64,000 nt of DNA, taken from assembly GCA_965644295.1 (NCBI GenBank), contig CBFFRP010000429.1:76218-140217 (forward strand). The letters are read 5' to 3'. The stretch comes from Paraphysomonas bandaiensis. Taxonomy: Eukaryota > Protista > Chrysophyceae. How positions within the stretch are numbered: position 1 is the first letter of the stretch; every line of letters begins with the position of its first letter. Positions 27,741 to 40,933 of this stretch are shown piece after piece. The position numbers were made by a program, and so were the translations under genes. Under the pieces are notes generated by a model, which searched no databases, was not told the DNA's origin, and saw nothing but the letters and a program-made list of their open reading frames with translations.

Positions 27741-28636
27741 TTAAGATTATATATGTGGTAACGTTTTATACATATGCATAAAGCTATACCCTCACAATAG
27801 TGGTAGTCGCATTTGATGATCTCGGTGATGGACTAAGACTTTTGATTAGGCATTTTATTTCATCCCCTGCTTCAGTGTATGGAGATTTGATTATGTTAAT
27901 CTTCTGTAGCTAGACTAGCTAATAAAAATTGAAGTCAATCGAAGGTAGTTATGTGCTTATTGCCAGAGATAGAATTAAGACTAAGATTAAAAAGCTTATA
28001 AAAAGAATAAAACCTTTTATTGAAGAGCAGTGCACAATTGCTTAAAGTACCAAAACTTTTCATATACATAATACAAGTTTATCATGTACAGTGTACAGCA
28101 GGACTAAGGAATATATTGTAATTGTAATACCATTGTTAAAAGCGTGTCAACAAAAAAATTGATAAGAGTTTTTAGTAAACCAATGAAACAATACTATTTC
28201 AACAGTAATCTCAGCTTCTAGACTTGATATTTCAGCTTCTATGGTTACCATTACCATTTATTTCGAATATATTTACCACTGGTTATTTTCGTATATAATA
28301 GTATATAGTATCTTTCTAGAAGTTTCGTGTTCATTTTTAGCACACTACATGACTACTTGTGGAAAGAGTGTATATATTAATAATTAACATATCTTAGTGA
28401 CTTACAAGTGATACCCTTTCCAGCAATAAAAACACCCATTTCGTGTGGATTATACATGCAACTGAACACACGACTGTATGTTACAGCTCAAAAATACCAC
28501 GAACAGCCTGAGACGGGTATATATTAATTTGTATCATTATATATATATGATGTAAACCGGAAACATCAGATAACCCATCATATATTCGCAGCTTTGACAA
28601 TTAGCTCTACGTTAGTGGATCCCCTGACGAAAATGA

Positions 28637-30558
28637 TTAAATCAGCATTAAGAAAACAAAGCTTTCAACATACTTCATCGTCGCTTCAAGACTAGCAACT
28701 TCTTCAAGATATTCATAGGCCCTGCATGTAATAAATGAATTCACGTACTAAGAAATCGAGAACACAAAGAAAAAAATAGCATACACAAAACCCAGGAAGA
28801 AGAAACCCAAGCTTACCTTATTACTCTAGAAAATGTTTTGGTCCATAATTTATACTCCTCCTCATCATTGGCCATAAATTCCGCTGCCTCCAGAGGGGCC
28901 AATTCCGAATATATCTGTACACAATGTCACAACAACCTATAAATAATTGAACCTCACCTTCGGTAAAAGGGCAAATTTAAATTTATTCACTGCCAAACGT
29001 AAGTCGTACTCTGATGCCAGCAATACCGGCCATGCAAATTCTCCCTGATTCATCGTAATCTTTCTCAATTTCTTGGTAAGTGATGTAACTCCTTTCGGAA
29101 ATTTTCTACGGACATAACAAAATTAGACTGTCACATAGAGGTCAGTATAATCTATTGTACACATCAATTTCATATAAAGGTATATCCTGTATATTGCAAT
29201 TGAGTGGTGTGTATCTTACGAGTAGTCTGTCTCCAATTTGTATTGCCACAACTTGAAGGGCTTCTTGTTTATGGGATCATTATTTTCAACAAAATCCTGC
29301 ACACAACGCAATGACGTGAACGAAGGCAAGACTCACTATATCAGTCCATATAGTTCAGTATACTGATCACTGTATAAGCGTATATATAGCACACACATAG
29401 CACGATACAGTTTCGACACCATGCTTATATCATGTGGTCCGCAGGAGTACCTTTTCGCTTTTGTAAAGATCAAGCATTCCCCGTTCAAGTACCGCGTATC
29501 GACAGAGAAGTTTGCCACCATCAGACAGTGGTTGTCTCCACCAGAGCATTCCCCGAGCCCTAGTGCGACTAGCCTGAATATAATAGATCAGTTGTTTGTA
29601 CTGCAGCAAAGAGTTGAAACTACTATATATGACAACATTACAGACAGAATAATAGCAAGAAAAATGCGCATTATAACAAATTATATTTATACTTCATAGG
29701 AAACACTGTGTACACATACTTCTTGTTGGGAAACTGTTTCCGCTGAGAGCACAGTCTCACAATAGTCTTCTTCTCTTTTAACCTCTGATTCACCATTGGA
29801 TCCTTTGGAGTGATCGATCTCACCCTGATTAGGGGCTGAGTTCACTCTTTGATAGGAGCGATTACTAACGGAGGTGTCAAGGTTACGACCGCTGAGTGTG
29901 ACTGATAAAAGAGTTAGATATAACATTTTTCATCTCTCATTTATTTTATACCTGTAACCTTCTCCATGGCGGTTTTGCTTCCAGGATGAAAGGCATCATA
30001 GCACCTTAGCCCCTCCCTCACAGTGAATGCGTAACCAACGACATACACAATAGTGGTAGATAAGGCCACCGCTGGGGGAATCTTCGCCCAGAAATTAAAT
30101 ATAGTTGCCAGAAATATACAAGTTAGTGAGGCAGCACCAATAAAGAGAACTAAGCGACGCTGGTCTCTGATCTTGTTAGCCACAAAAAGTACGGTATCGA
30201 ACTCAGCACCCTTCAAAGCAACAGCGGGTCCATGCATCGTAACAAGCGTACTCTGCGCAGTGGCAAATATCGACAAACACAGTGTAGCATGTATAAAACA
30301 ATCATACAGGAACTCTAGACCGATCCACGTGTATCCTGTAGTGGGCATCGTGATCTCTCCAATCCCTATACACACATAAGGAACACTCCTGAGCCAATCA
30401 CATACATACACACCTGCAAATGAAAAAGCTCCAATGAGAGCTGCTTGTGTTCCTATGGACTGAAGGTTCCCCACATACAGGTTGATTAGACGGGTCTGCA
30501 GCTCAAGCATGCCCTTAGTAAGGGTTGCCTTGAGGTAGTTCTTATCTCCATGAATCAT
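28637..30558 (-). CDS. Four-TM membrane protein with cytosolic, possibly PH-like, C-terminus (multi-exon)
   Basis: NLQSIGTQAALIGAF, GPAVALKG and hydrophobic helices in ORF 29941-30558; downstream exons run to a stop at 28637. Confidence 0.6.
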
Positions 30559-31084
30559 TGTGTAGTACAGTTAATTAAGTAGCATATAGATATACTTCAT
30601 ACTGTGCTGCAGGTGTTATGTGTCTCGTCATGTGTTATATATGTATGTATATGTGTGCCTTAAGTGAGTGGGGTACATGTATATATGTATGTATATACAG
30701 TACAGAGAATACGATATGGATAACATACACACAGAGGCAGCAGTTCTATGACACTAAAGTGTACATAGAGACATATATACAGGAGATTTTTGTAGATAGT
30801 GTAGCAGATTTTCGTACATAAATATATGGTATATGGGCATGAAAACTCCGAAATATAGAATCAGTTTTCAAGAAAACTGTGCTTAGAGAGCCTCACGACA
30901 GCAGCTCTTAACTAGCTCAGAGTATGGGCGGGCATTCAAGTTTGCTTAACCAGCAGAATGAGCCCATCTATTCTCGCACAAGCATACTGCTATTCCATGT
31001 AGTAATCTGTGTCATTGTGACGGTACTTAGAAACCAATGTATGTATAAATATATATGCGGCTATAGTTATTTACAGTGAGCGCA

Positions 31085-31795
31085 ATGAATGTTGACAAAG
31101 AAGCTACTGATAATAATACCGAGACAAAGTCAAAGCGCTCTGAGCTTCCTTGGTGGATGCCTCCCCACTACAGAGCTCTTATGAAGCCCAACAAACAATA
31201 TAGTCAGCCTAATGGACCCACTACGACAGCTTCCAGTGATGACCGAGTAACAGAAAAACGGAACAGATATAACAACCCGTCTATTATATTTTACGCATTT
31301 ACTGCATTTTTTCTTGTGGATGTTGCTATCTGGTTAGGCATAAAGAGGTTTTATAAGCGTCCATCAAAGGCATGGCAAGACATGGGTCAGCAAGGAAATC
31401 GACATCAAGGTGACAGCAGTCAGCATCGACAGAATGCTGAATCATTTCACAAAAACTGGCAATCCGCCTACGCAAATTATGAAAGTTCACAGTCCTATCA
31501 ACGTAGCTCGAGTTATCAACGTAATGAATCGACTTATCGTAGTTCGTACAGTGGTATACCATCTCATATAGAACGTCATATGAGGGCTTTGGATATACAG
31601 GGAAGTAGTTTACCCACCATAAATGAGGTCAAAAAAGCGTTTCGTCAGATATCTATGCATAATCACCCAGATAGATTAGACTCCAGTATATCTCCTTCAG
31701 AACGACAGAGGCGTATCCGAAAATTTATTAATGCCAACACATCCTACAAAGCACTTTTAACGAATTTGCGTATAGCAAACAACGATATCAGCTAA
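31085..31795 (+). CDS. Membrane-anchored DnaJ-domain protein
   Basis: One TM segment; C-terminal EVKKAFRQISMHNHPDR..FINANTSY. Confidence 0.85.
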   Translation: MNVDKEATDNNTETKSKRSELPWWMPPHYRALMKPNKQYSQPNGPTTTASSDDRVTEKRNRYNNPSIIFYAFTAFFLVDVAIWLGIKRFYKRPSKAWQDMGQQGNRHQGDSSQHRQNAESFHKNWQSAYANYESSQSYQRSSSYQRNESTYRSSYSGIPSHIERHMRALDIQGSSLPTINEVKKAFRQISMHNHPDRLDSSISPSERQRRIRKFINANTSYKALLTNLRIANNDIS

Positions 31796-32352
31796 TTAAT
31801 GTAAATTTACCCTATGGCTTAAGTTAACTAAAAACTAACGTTTTGACATGGCTCTATGTTGTCAATTTCTATCATTACAGCACTATCCATTAGAATTCAC
31901 TAGTCAAGCATCAAGCAGAGTCAACATTCTCACACTCTTATTACAATGAATAATCTTTAATACTAAGTACCAGTAAGTTGCTATCGTCATAGTGATATGA
32001 ATTACTTCCAAGTATAGTATATATACATCACACTGACACCTAAATAAATACAATGTGTGTGTATTAATCTTGTCAGATTTTGACGCTTCCTGTGTTCGAG
32101 CATACACTTGTACTTCCAAAGGTTTCAGCAGTAATATTAGTACACTGTACACTGCTAAAGGACAGCTGTTCTGCATGTTATTATTACTAGTTACAAAATA
32201 TTCTATGAAGCACTCCTGAGCTCCTGAGACAATGATATTTCAATTTCTCTGTAGAGGAAAGCTTCTCGATTTCGCAACTTTGAATAAATTATGCCAATAG
32301 AATCTAGAATGCGTGAACAGTTTTTATCAAGAGTACAGGATAGCAAAACATG

Positions 32353-33161
32353 TTATTCGAACGGTTTGCGTACCACTACAGTTGCGAACTCCCATGTACG
32401 CCAACCATGCTTGCTACTAAACTCAACCCAGGTACGCGATATATCTAAAATTTTATTTTTCTCATCGGCATCCGTACTGCAGTCATTAGGTTCCGGCAAT
32501 GCCCAATTCCTCACATTGTTGTATAAGTGCATTTCGTATGCTTCTAGCGACTGCATTTTTTCGTAACATATATCACATTTATGGTTTGTAAACCACGATT
32601 TCAACTCACTGATATTGCCATAAGATGTTGGAGTTACCTGTAAATAATCTAAAAATTCCTGACACGGAGGGGATACAAATACCAATTCCCCAACAACAAC
32701 ATACCCCCCTGGCTTTGTTATTTGTAATATCTTTTCTATCGTTTGCGGCTGCTGATTTTCAGGTAACGCTCCAATGCACAAAACTGCGTCGTATTGATGT
32801 GACGATAAAGCAGCATTTTCAACCCACGTTAATAAATCTGATTCACACGTTTCAATATTGTTGTGTGCGGTCTCAGGCCAATTAGAGAGAACTGTCGCCT
32901 CCCTATCAACTCCAATACCAGAGCCTCTTGGACCAGTGCATGTCTGTACAATGTGACGTAGCAGTGCCCCCCTAAATATAACCCTGCATGTTACGTATTT
33001 AACTTGCATATATCAGCTAGTGACCTTCCACATCCAAGATCCACTACCACTGCATCTTCAGGCAACACCAATGCATTAACTATATCTTGGACAATTTCCT
33101 CGGTATGTGGACAGGTGTAAGGGAGGTCAGAGTGACCTATTTCTGATCTCTTCTTCATCAT
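32353..33161 (-). CDS. Class I SAM-dependent methyltransferase (one intron)
   Basis: VVDLGCGR|GALL, GIGVD, YDAVLCIGA, KPGGYVVVGE. Confidence 0.85.
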
Positions 33162-34187
33162 TACTGAAATCACTCGAGAGGGGGGGCTATATATATACCG
33201 ATAGATAGATATACCATACTCTCTCATTTGTGTGTTACATCAGTCTGCAGGAGTGATGCATACACAGCACTGCTGTACGCTGTACACCATATCCAGATAT
33301 ACACACACACCAGCAGCAGGAACTACAGTAGTATCTATGGTAGAATACCACAGTATATACCTACTCCTACTGCTGTCTTCTTGTGATGTGTGATGTACGG
33401 TTACGTTGTTAACTTGTGGACACATAATGTACAAGGCACTATCAATAGAGTATCTCTTATTTATCGTGAAATTGCTATCTCGTCACTTCCATAGATAACT
33501 AGTACCTATGCTAATTTACAACACGTCTATATTAAGATGTGTGACCCTATTAGCCACATTAAGTAGCCACGCCTAATATGTCAAGTGTAAATATCATTGA
33601 TTTGTTGTATGCATATTATGGCATTATTATTCCCTATCAAGATGGTATATGATAAAGTGGGGTTACCGTTTCAAATTTGTTCTACATCAGAATAACTTAA
33701 AGAGATGATAAAAATCTGATCAAAGCATCTAACAAATCGATTTGTTGACATATTATGCGATGCTTGAGTTGACAATTGTGCTGTTTAGGAGTGGCTGATT
33801 GCAGGTTTCTCAATGTGGCTAACATGGTAACTCATCCCCAGATAGCAAATAGTACTACTGTATTAACATTCTAACCCTGTCTCGAAGAGAAATAATAACG
33901 TCTATGTGCAAAATATCAATACTCAGACCCTAAATTCAAGTAGTGTCCCTACGTAGCGACTTCAGACTTAAAAATGAAGTACGTACATCTACAGTGAAAT
34001 AACAGATAAAGACATAAAATGACAAAAATAACCAAAAGAAACCACGTGCAATTATAACATGCTTTACAATCGGTATGACATTCCTAGGTAGCATTTCGTT
34101 GCAAAACAGCACTCAGTATATTATGTATTTTAGCATTCTTAATTTAAAGGACATTACTATGTCAAGATCAGAAAAAAATCTGGAAAG

Positions 34188-35525
34188 TTACTTCTGAAAA
34201 TCATGATTATCATTGAATGTTTCTTGAAGGTCAATTTCAGTTTCGCTCGTTGACACGAAGAATAATATACGGTCGTAATCTTCTTTGTTGGCAATACCTC
34301 TATGGATACATCCCGGGAACAGCTTTAGTATAGAGTACGGTTCCGTGACTACTTGACAGACCTCCAAATGATCGGTTTTCTCAGCGGAGAAGAGTGTGTG
34401 TGGCTCTCCAAAGTAAAGATCCTCGGTGGGAGACTTAATGGGGCCATCTGGATGGCGAACAAACTGCGTGGCATTCTGCTGAGTCATCATTGTCATCGGA
34501 ATCATGAGATTGCTCACAGTAGTGCCATAATCTTGATGCCATCTCTGGTTAAGAGTACCATTCTTTGGAGACACAATGAAGCCATAGGAGAGAATAACAC
34601 GCGGCGTACTGTAAAATTCCTTTAGGAGAGAAGCCGTAAAACTTTCGACCTTGGAATGCAGTTTTGATGCAAGCCATTCAGGATGAGTTTTCCCGTTATG
34701 GAAGAGGTTAGCCCAGTAAATTTCCTTCTGGGCACTAGTTTTGAAGTTAAATATCTTCGACGCATTGTCGAGGGCACTCTTAAGGAGGTCGACTTCGTTA
34801 TCATTGCAGGAGCGCATATGGGCCACTCCACCTGAGTACGAAGCAGTGGTCTCTCTCCAGTTTTCGACTATAAATATTAGTTGACAAGTCTCATGCCATG
34901 CGTACAACATAGCAAAAGGAGCAAGTGCATAGCACACCCAGAGCGGCATATTGAGACAATAGGAAATCGGGTAGAGTGTATTAATCAGCCAACATGCAGT
35001 CCCAAGATTATTGTAAGATTGTGCCGGAGTTAGCCATTCTTCGACAACGAAATACCATGGGAGTTTTGACGTGTCTTGGGAAGGATAAATAGACTGTGCG
35101 CTCACAGCAAAGTCAAACAAGCCAGTCGATATTTCTACGACAGTAAATAGTACAACAAATGTAACAATAGGAGATCCGAGATGAACACACCAAATTGCCA
35201 GGCAATATTGAGCTAACAGGTCAGCTAGCCAGTCCCAACCACAACCAATAACGGTTGACTGATTGTAGTGTCTTGCAATAGGCCCATCAATCCAATCCAA
35301 AAGCACGCTTCCAAATATGAGTGTGGCGATGCAAAACTTCCATTCAGGAGCATGAAGAATAAGCACCAAGGCAACAACAGCCATTAGTATGCGAAAGTAA
35401 TCAATAAGATTGGCATAATACCACCACACATCCTTAATTGTTTTCCGTATTCGGTGTGTGATCACATCTCCAGTGCTAGCTACAGGGCCTGAGACCCACT
35501 TCCCTTTCTGATTGATGTACAACAT
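34188..35525 (-). CDS. CDP-alcohol phosphatidyltransferase fused to a PhyH-like 2OG-Fe(II) dioxygenase domain
   Basis: DWIDGPIARHYNQSTVIGCGWDWLAD is the CDP-AP signature. C-terminal QRWHQD..IHRGIAN..DRILFF fits HxD..H..R. One uninterrupted ORF; the start is uncertain. Confidence 0.8.
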   Translation of the reverse strand: MLYINQKGKWVSGPVASTGDVITHRIRKTIKDVWWYYANLIDYFRILMAVVALVLILHAPEWKFCIATLIFGSVLLDWIDGPIARHYNQSTVIGCGWDWLADLLAQYCLAIWCVHLGSPIVTFVVLFTVVEISTGLFDFAVSAQSIYPSQDTSKLPWYFVVEEWLTPAQSYNNLGTACWLINTLYPISYCLNMPLWVCYALAPFAMLYAWHETCQLIFIVENWRETTASYSGGVAHMRSCNDNEVDLLKSALDNASKIFNFKTSAQKEIYWANLFHNGKTHPEWLASKLHSKVESFTASLLKEFYSTPRVILSYGFIVSPKNGTLNQRWHQDYGTTVSNLMIPMTMMTQQNATQFVRHPDGPIKSPTEDLYFGEPHTLFSAEKTDHLEVCQVVTEPYSILKLFPGCIHRGIANKEDYDRILFFVSTSETEIDLQETFNDNHDFQK

Positions 35526-35746
35526 CTCTCCCACTATGTATGAATATACGCCACACCTTCTCAGAATGACTGCTGATAAAACTTCGAATAGTGAACATCT
35601 TTCTCTGGATTACAAATCCACTCACTCACTCCACTCTAGCCCGTTAGTACATATGTGAGCAGAAAACATGTGATTTCCACCATCACTCGGAAATGAGAAA
35701 CATCTGGACGATCCATGCCTGATATACAGACACGTATACCTGAAGT

Positions 35747-36229
35747 GTATGTATGTATGTCTGTATGTCTGTATGTCTGTATGTATGTATGTATGTATGT
35801 ATGTATGTATGTATGTATGTATGTATGTATGTATGTATGTATGTATGTATGTATGTATGTATGTATGTATGTATGTATGTATGTATGTATGTAGGTATGT
35901 ATGTATGTATGTATGTATGTATGTATGTATGTATGTAGGTATGTATGTAGGTATGTATGTATGTATGTATGTATGTATGTATGTATGTATGTATGTATGT
36001 ATGTATGTATGTATGTATGTATGTATGTATGTATGTATGTATGTATGTATGTAGGTATGTATGTATGTATGTATGTATGTACGTATGTATGTACAGTGTA
36101 TGTATGTATGTATGTATGTATGTATGTATGTATGTATGTAGGTATGTATGTAGGTATGTATGTATGTATGTATGTATGTATGTATGTATGTATGTATGTA
36201 TGTATGTATGTATGTATGTATGTATGTAT
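35747..36229. repeat. (TATG)n microsatellite, ~480 bp
   Basis: Direct reading. Confidence 0.98.
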
Positions 36230-36378
36230 ATACAGTGTGTATTATTTGTACAGCTTGTCTGCCAATGAGATGTCTGGATGTCTTTATTGTCAGTGGTTAG
36301 CTATGGCTTCGTGCGTGTTCTATTAAACGCTCCAGTGCTGCAGAGTAAACTGTGCTGCTAAGTGTACATCAAAGAGCA

Positions 36379-37878
36379 ATGAAGTCAGCTCGTTTAGTTA
36401 AGATAACTTCAAGGCGATTCTCATGTGCATGCAGCAGTAGCAGTAGCAGTAGTAATAATCTGTATGCGTTCAGTGAGGAGTCTCTTAAGCAGAAGTTATC
36501 ACAGTTAGGCATCCCCTCCTTTAGAGCCACTCAAGTGCTCAACTGGGTATATGATAATGGAGTGACTGATTTTTCAGAAATGAGTACTCTTCCTCTGTCT
36601 GTGCGAGATATTATGAGAACTCAGTTTAGTTTTGGTTCGTCTGTTGTGTTGCACGAGCAGATATCTAAAGACGGGACACGAAAGAGAGCACATCAACTCC
36701 ATGATGGGCAACTCATTGAAGCTGTTTTGATGCCTTATAATGATGGGCGCCGTACGGCCTGTATATCTTCACAAGCTGGCTGTGCGATGGGATGTACCTT
36801 TTGTGCCACTGGTCAAATGGGATTTTCTCGTCAATTGACCAGTGCAGAGATATTTGAACAAGCGGCAATGATAGCGTGTGAGCTAAAGCGACAAGATCAG
36901 CGTTTATCAAATGTGGTTTTCATGGGAATGGTGTGTAGCGTAGATTGTGTACACTTATGTATGTGTTTATGTTCATGATAGGGGGAACCGCTGAACAACT
37001 ATGATAATGTCATGACTGCTATAGAGCAAATGCACAGTCTCTTGGGCATAGGCGCGAGACACATTACGGTGAGCACAGTAGGAATTGCTCCGAAAATTAG
37101 AAGAATGGCTGATGATAAATTACAAGTAAGTTGTTGTGTTCGTTTGGCCAAAGGGTTTGTGACAATTGCACTGCTATATGCAGGTTGGATTGGCGGTTAG
37201 TTTACATCAAGCAAACGATGAGAACAGAAGCCGACTCATGCCAATTAACTGCCGCTTCCCGATTGCTGAGTTAATGGACTCTTGCAGGTGCCTAACTTAG
37301 CAATACTTGGCCAACTGTGATGTAAGTTACTGCTCGTAGATATTATATAGGAAAAACGAATAGGCGTATTTCGTTCGAGTGGGCATTAATTGAGGGACAA
37401 ACCGACAGCCCAGAGACTGCACATGAGTTAGGAAGGCTTATTAAGGGTACTGTGTGACATTGTGACTCAATATTTTCGCCGTTTGATTTTGTGTCAGGAA
37501 TGCTTTGTCATGTGAATTTGATTCCTTTGAATCCTACTGATAATTTCTCTGGAAAACCCACAAGCAAAGCATCTGTGGATACATTTGTTACTATACTGGT
37601 AAGTAAGGTAAGCAACTGGTTATACATAATGTCATTCTTGTTGTAGAAATCATATAGCATAACTGCAACCCCCAGAGTTCGACGAGGTAAGGCCAGCCGC
37701 ATCTTGTATATGTAGTATACGATTGTCGAGCATTGGTAGCTGTCATTCTGATACCTAACTGTATGTAGGGATTGATATTGATGCTGGTTGTGGCCAACTA
37801 ACTGCGGCTGTTATGAAGAAAAAAGAGAGATTAGCTTTTTTATCGAAACAACGAGAAGATATATCGAGATTTGTTTGA
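36379..37878 (+). CDS. rlmN: Radical SAM RNA methyltransferase RlmN, probably organelle-targeted (multi-exon)
   Basis: [47 protein letters not shown]; basic, Ser-rich N-terminal extension. Confidence 0.93.
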
Positions 37879-38393
37879 GAAAAATGTATATAATAATCTA
37901 TTACCGATGTGTAGATTTCACTTATGTGTTCCATTGTTATTCACAACATACTATTTCCGTCGAATCAACGCATCGGGATGTTGTTCAGAAGATAGAATAG
38001 AGGTTTAATCTTCAATATTCATTCGAAAGTTTTCTTGATAATGTTGCAATGAAGTAATTACGTGTTGTGATTTATTACTTCGTATCTCGCTCATGTTAAA
38101 GCCACTCTACATGATATACGTATATCATACTCACTCGCAATATCAAGATTATAGTTCCATGTGCTTTTATTATACCAAATAATCTCTTTTTATTGTTCAA
38201 TATGTTTAACATAATCCATATTACCGTAAATCATACAACTTTTTAAAAACAAGTCTCAACGGATAAGAATCAGAACAGTACTCATATGAAGAGATGATAT
38301 TTTATATTCCGAAATCTTCAGACACTACTTATTAAATATAGTGAAATATACGGCAAAAAAACATGTGTAAAGAGGCGGCAAGTGTGATTTTAG

Positions 38394-39151
38394 CAGGGAT
38401 AAGGAACAATATATTGCAATGTATTGTAAAATATATTGATTGGTGGACTGGTCAAATATTCAATCAATATTGTTTCTGTTAAAAGAGCTCACAATACTAA
38501 TGCAATATATTGCAATCAATATTATGATAGGCATAGAAGTGAAGATTCAACTGTATGGTGCAAATATACGCCTATGTATACAAATATCCGGAAAATACAG
38601 AGGATGATGAAGCTGAAGTTGGCTATGCGGAAAAAATTCTTCAATCAGCTCAAAATCTTAAGAAACGGAAAGTTGAAATATCTAAGTACAGGTGCACGAG
38701 CCATGTAGTATGTACTTCCCATACATGTGAACGCCTTTTCAGCCCAGCAAAACTGATTATATCAGTGTTGCGCAAACGTATGCATCCTATACACTTAATA
38801 AGCTGTTGTTTCTGAAAGCTAACCGACAGTTGTGGCCGGATGCAAGCATATTTCAATCAATGTTAAATGAATATGGTAATGATGGTGTCACCGATGATGG
38901 CTCAGAGGATGAGTATGAGGAAACTTTTAATTAATTAAGAGTAGTGGGTTTGATTATCCAGTGACCTTAGACCTTATAATGGCAAGTAGTAAAAATGGAT
39001 ACTACGGATGTGTTTACTTTCTGATTACTCATATACTAAAATATTGCAATATATTGAAATAGTATTGTAGGGCCGGTTTAAAAAATCCATCAATACTATT
39101 GATGGAACGCTATCTAACAATAGTATTGCAATATATTGTTTCCTATCCCTG
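38394..39151 (+). mobile_element. Non-autonomous hAT element, copy 1
   Basis: TIRs CAGGGATAaGgAACAATATATTGCAAT; 8-bp TSD GATTTTAG (38386-38393 and 39152-39159). Internal relic CERLFSPAKLIISVLRKRMHP..LLFLKAN resembles the hAT dimerisation domain. Confidence 0.92.
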
Positions 39152-39514
39152 GATTTTAGAGACAACGTCACTAGGAATTAGGAACACATTCAAATAATGT
39201 AAACTATCAATCAAAACATACATTTCATGAAACATGTTAACAAGCTCTGTGAAAGGTATCGCTCGTTGTTTCATTAACTGCGTTACCCACAGTAACTATT
39301 AATTGTAAAGAGTATGCCTTATATCTATCAAGATCATCATAAATAGGGAAGTTTTTACTGAAAATCTCGTTGCAAATATTATCCTGTGTTTTTCATTGCA
39401 TGACACTCTATGATTGTATGGAACGGTATGGCACCTCATATCTAGAGATTTTATGATATGGTGATAGATACTCACACCGTTACATACCACTGTACATGCA
39501 CTTTTCAGTTGAAT

Positions 39515-39806
39515 CATGTATACATGGACAGCAGTTGTGATGTAGATGCAATAGCGGTAGACCCACTGCGAAAACAAGAGTACAGTGGACATCAATTCAA
39601 AATCCTTCATTGTCGAATGATTCTGGTCTGCCTCTTACCTTCTTGAACAATTCTCTCTTCAGTTGCTTGTCTTTCCATGTCTGATCATATAACAAGCAAT
39701 ACTTTTCTTTTCCTCAGCAGAAAAGTGATGTCCATTGTACTCTCGTTTCTGTCGCAGTAGTTCTACTGCTATTGCATCTACTTCACAACTGCTGTCCATG
39801 CAGATG
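39515..39806. repeat. Imperfect ~80-bp inverted repeat, possible transposase 5' relic
   Basis: 39515-39593 is the inverted counterpart of 39726-39806; both arms encode MDSSC(D/E)VDAIAV. Confidence 0.7.
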
Positions 39807-40165
39807 ATAGAGAGGAGGATATAAAGCTGGACATGCACGCTGGATTTTACGGACGGTGTGGTATACACTGTACTCTCTACAGTGTCATGGACTACAGAGA
39901 AATATCTCGGAAATTTAGCAGGATGACATCACTCCAGTTTCCTCTCAATATCGTATTCTAAAATTGCCATATTTTTGACTCTAAGTCATTGTTCGAATAT
40001 TCTGTTTTTCTATTCATAATGCCAGCTGATCGAAGAAAATACCGATTTTCAGGTGGTTTGAATGTATTTCAGAATCATAATTTAAGAGTTGTGAAAAGCG
40101 ACGAGTGTAAAAAAACAAACAAGATCTAACAGCCACACTACAGTGTACCAATCCAATCACTAACA

Positions 40166-40573
40166 ATGTCAATGTCATTGATGCGAACTGATCCTTTCTA
40201 CCTGGATGCATTTAGCCCTATGGAAACATCTATTGGGGGTCTTGCTCCCACCTCTAAAATGCAGCCTCTTCTGGATTGTAATTTGATTGAGACAGATGAA
40301 GATTATCATATTCGAGCAGAGCTGCCTGGAGTAGAAGAGAAAGATCTCGACATCTCCATTGAGAATAACCGCTTAATCCTCAGAGGGGATAAGGAAAAGA
40401 AAAAGGAGATTGATGGAGACCACGAGCATATCGTTGAGAAGAGCTCTGGTCATGTTCAGAAAGCCTTGCATCTTCCTCAAGCAGCTGACGTGGACAATTG
40501 CAATGCTACATTCAAAGATGGAGTGCTCACTGTATCATTTCCTAAACTTTCGGATTCTAAACTGAAGAATTAA
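40166..40573 (+). CDS. Small heat shock protein (Hsp20/alpha-crystallin domain)
   Basis: IRAELPGVEEKDLDISIENNRLILRG, ATFKDGVLTVSFPK. Confidence 0.93.
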   Translation: MSMSLMRTDPFYLDAFSPMETSIGGLAPTSKMQPLLDCNLIETDEDYHIRAELPGVEEKDLDISIENNRLILRGDKEKKKEIDGDHEHIVEKSSGHVQKALHLPQAADVDNCNATFKDGVLTVSFPKLSDSKLKN

Positions 40574-40933
40574 GCATTCAGACATCTTCTGAGCGTTATT
40601 AAATGTAGGGTTCATTATGACCGTACAGTGTTGAGTTTAAGGCGTGGTAATCACCGATAGCCAATCATTTTTATGCATATATTATTCAATGTAGCTAGCT
40701 ATTTAATGATGAGTAGTGGGACTAGGAAGTTTTCTTAGGACCTTGTAAAAATGAAGGGAATTTTAAGTATGCATTGTTTGTCAAGCAACGACCACCCTTG
40801 AGGAAATAGTCGAATACAAATATGTCTTGACCAAGGAAACGGAGTAGTGGTGTGTCAGCTTTGTAGCACTCCAGTTTAGAGTAGGGAAGCATTACAGTTA
40901 TGGCTACGTCGGAAAAAAATACAGCCTATAATC

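Noticed and set aside
39890-40075. Heat-shock elements upstream of Hsp20
   Set aside because: Only an isolated GAAnnTTC was found, with no three-unit array.
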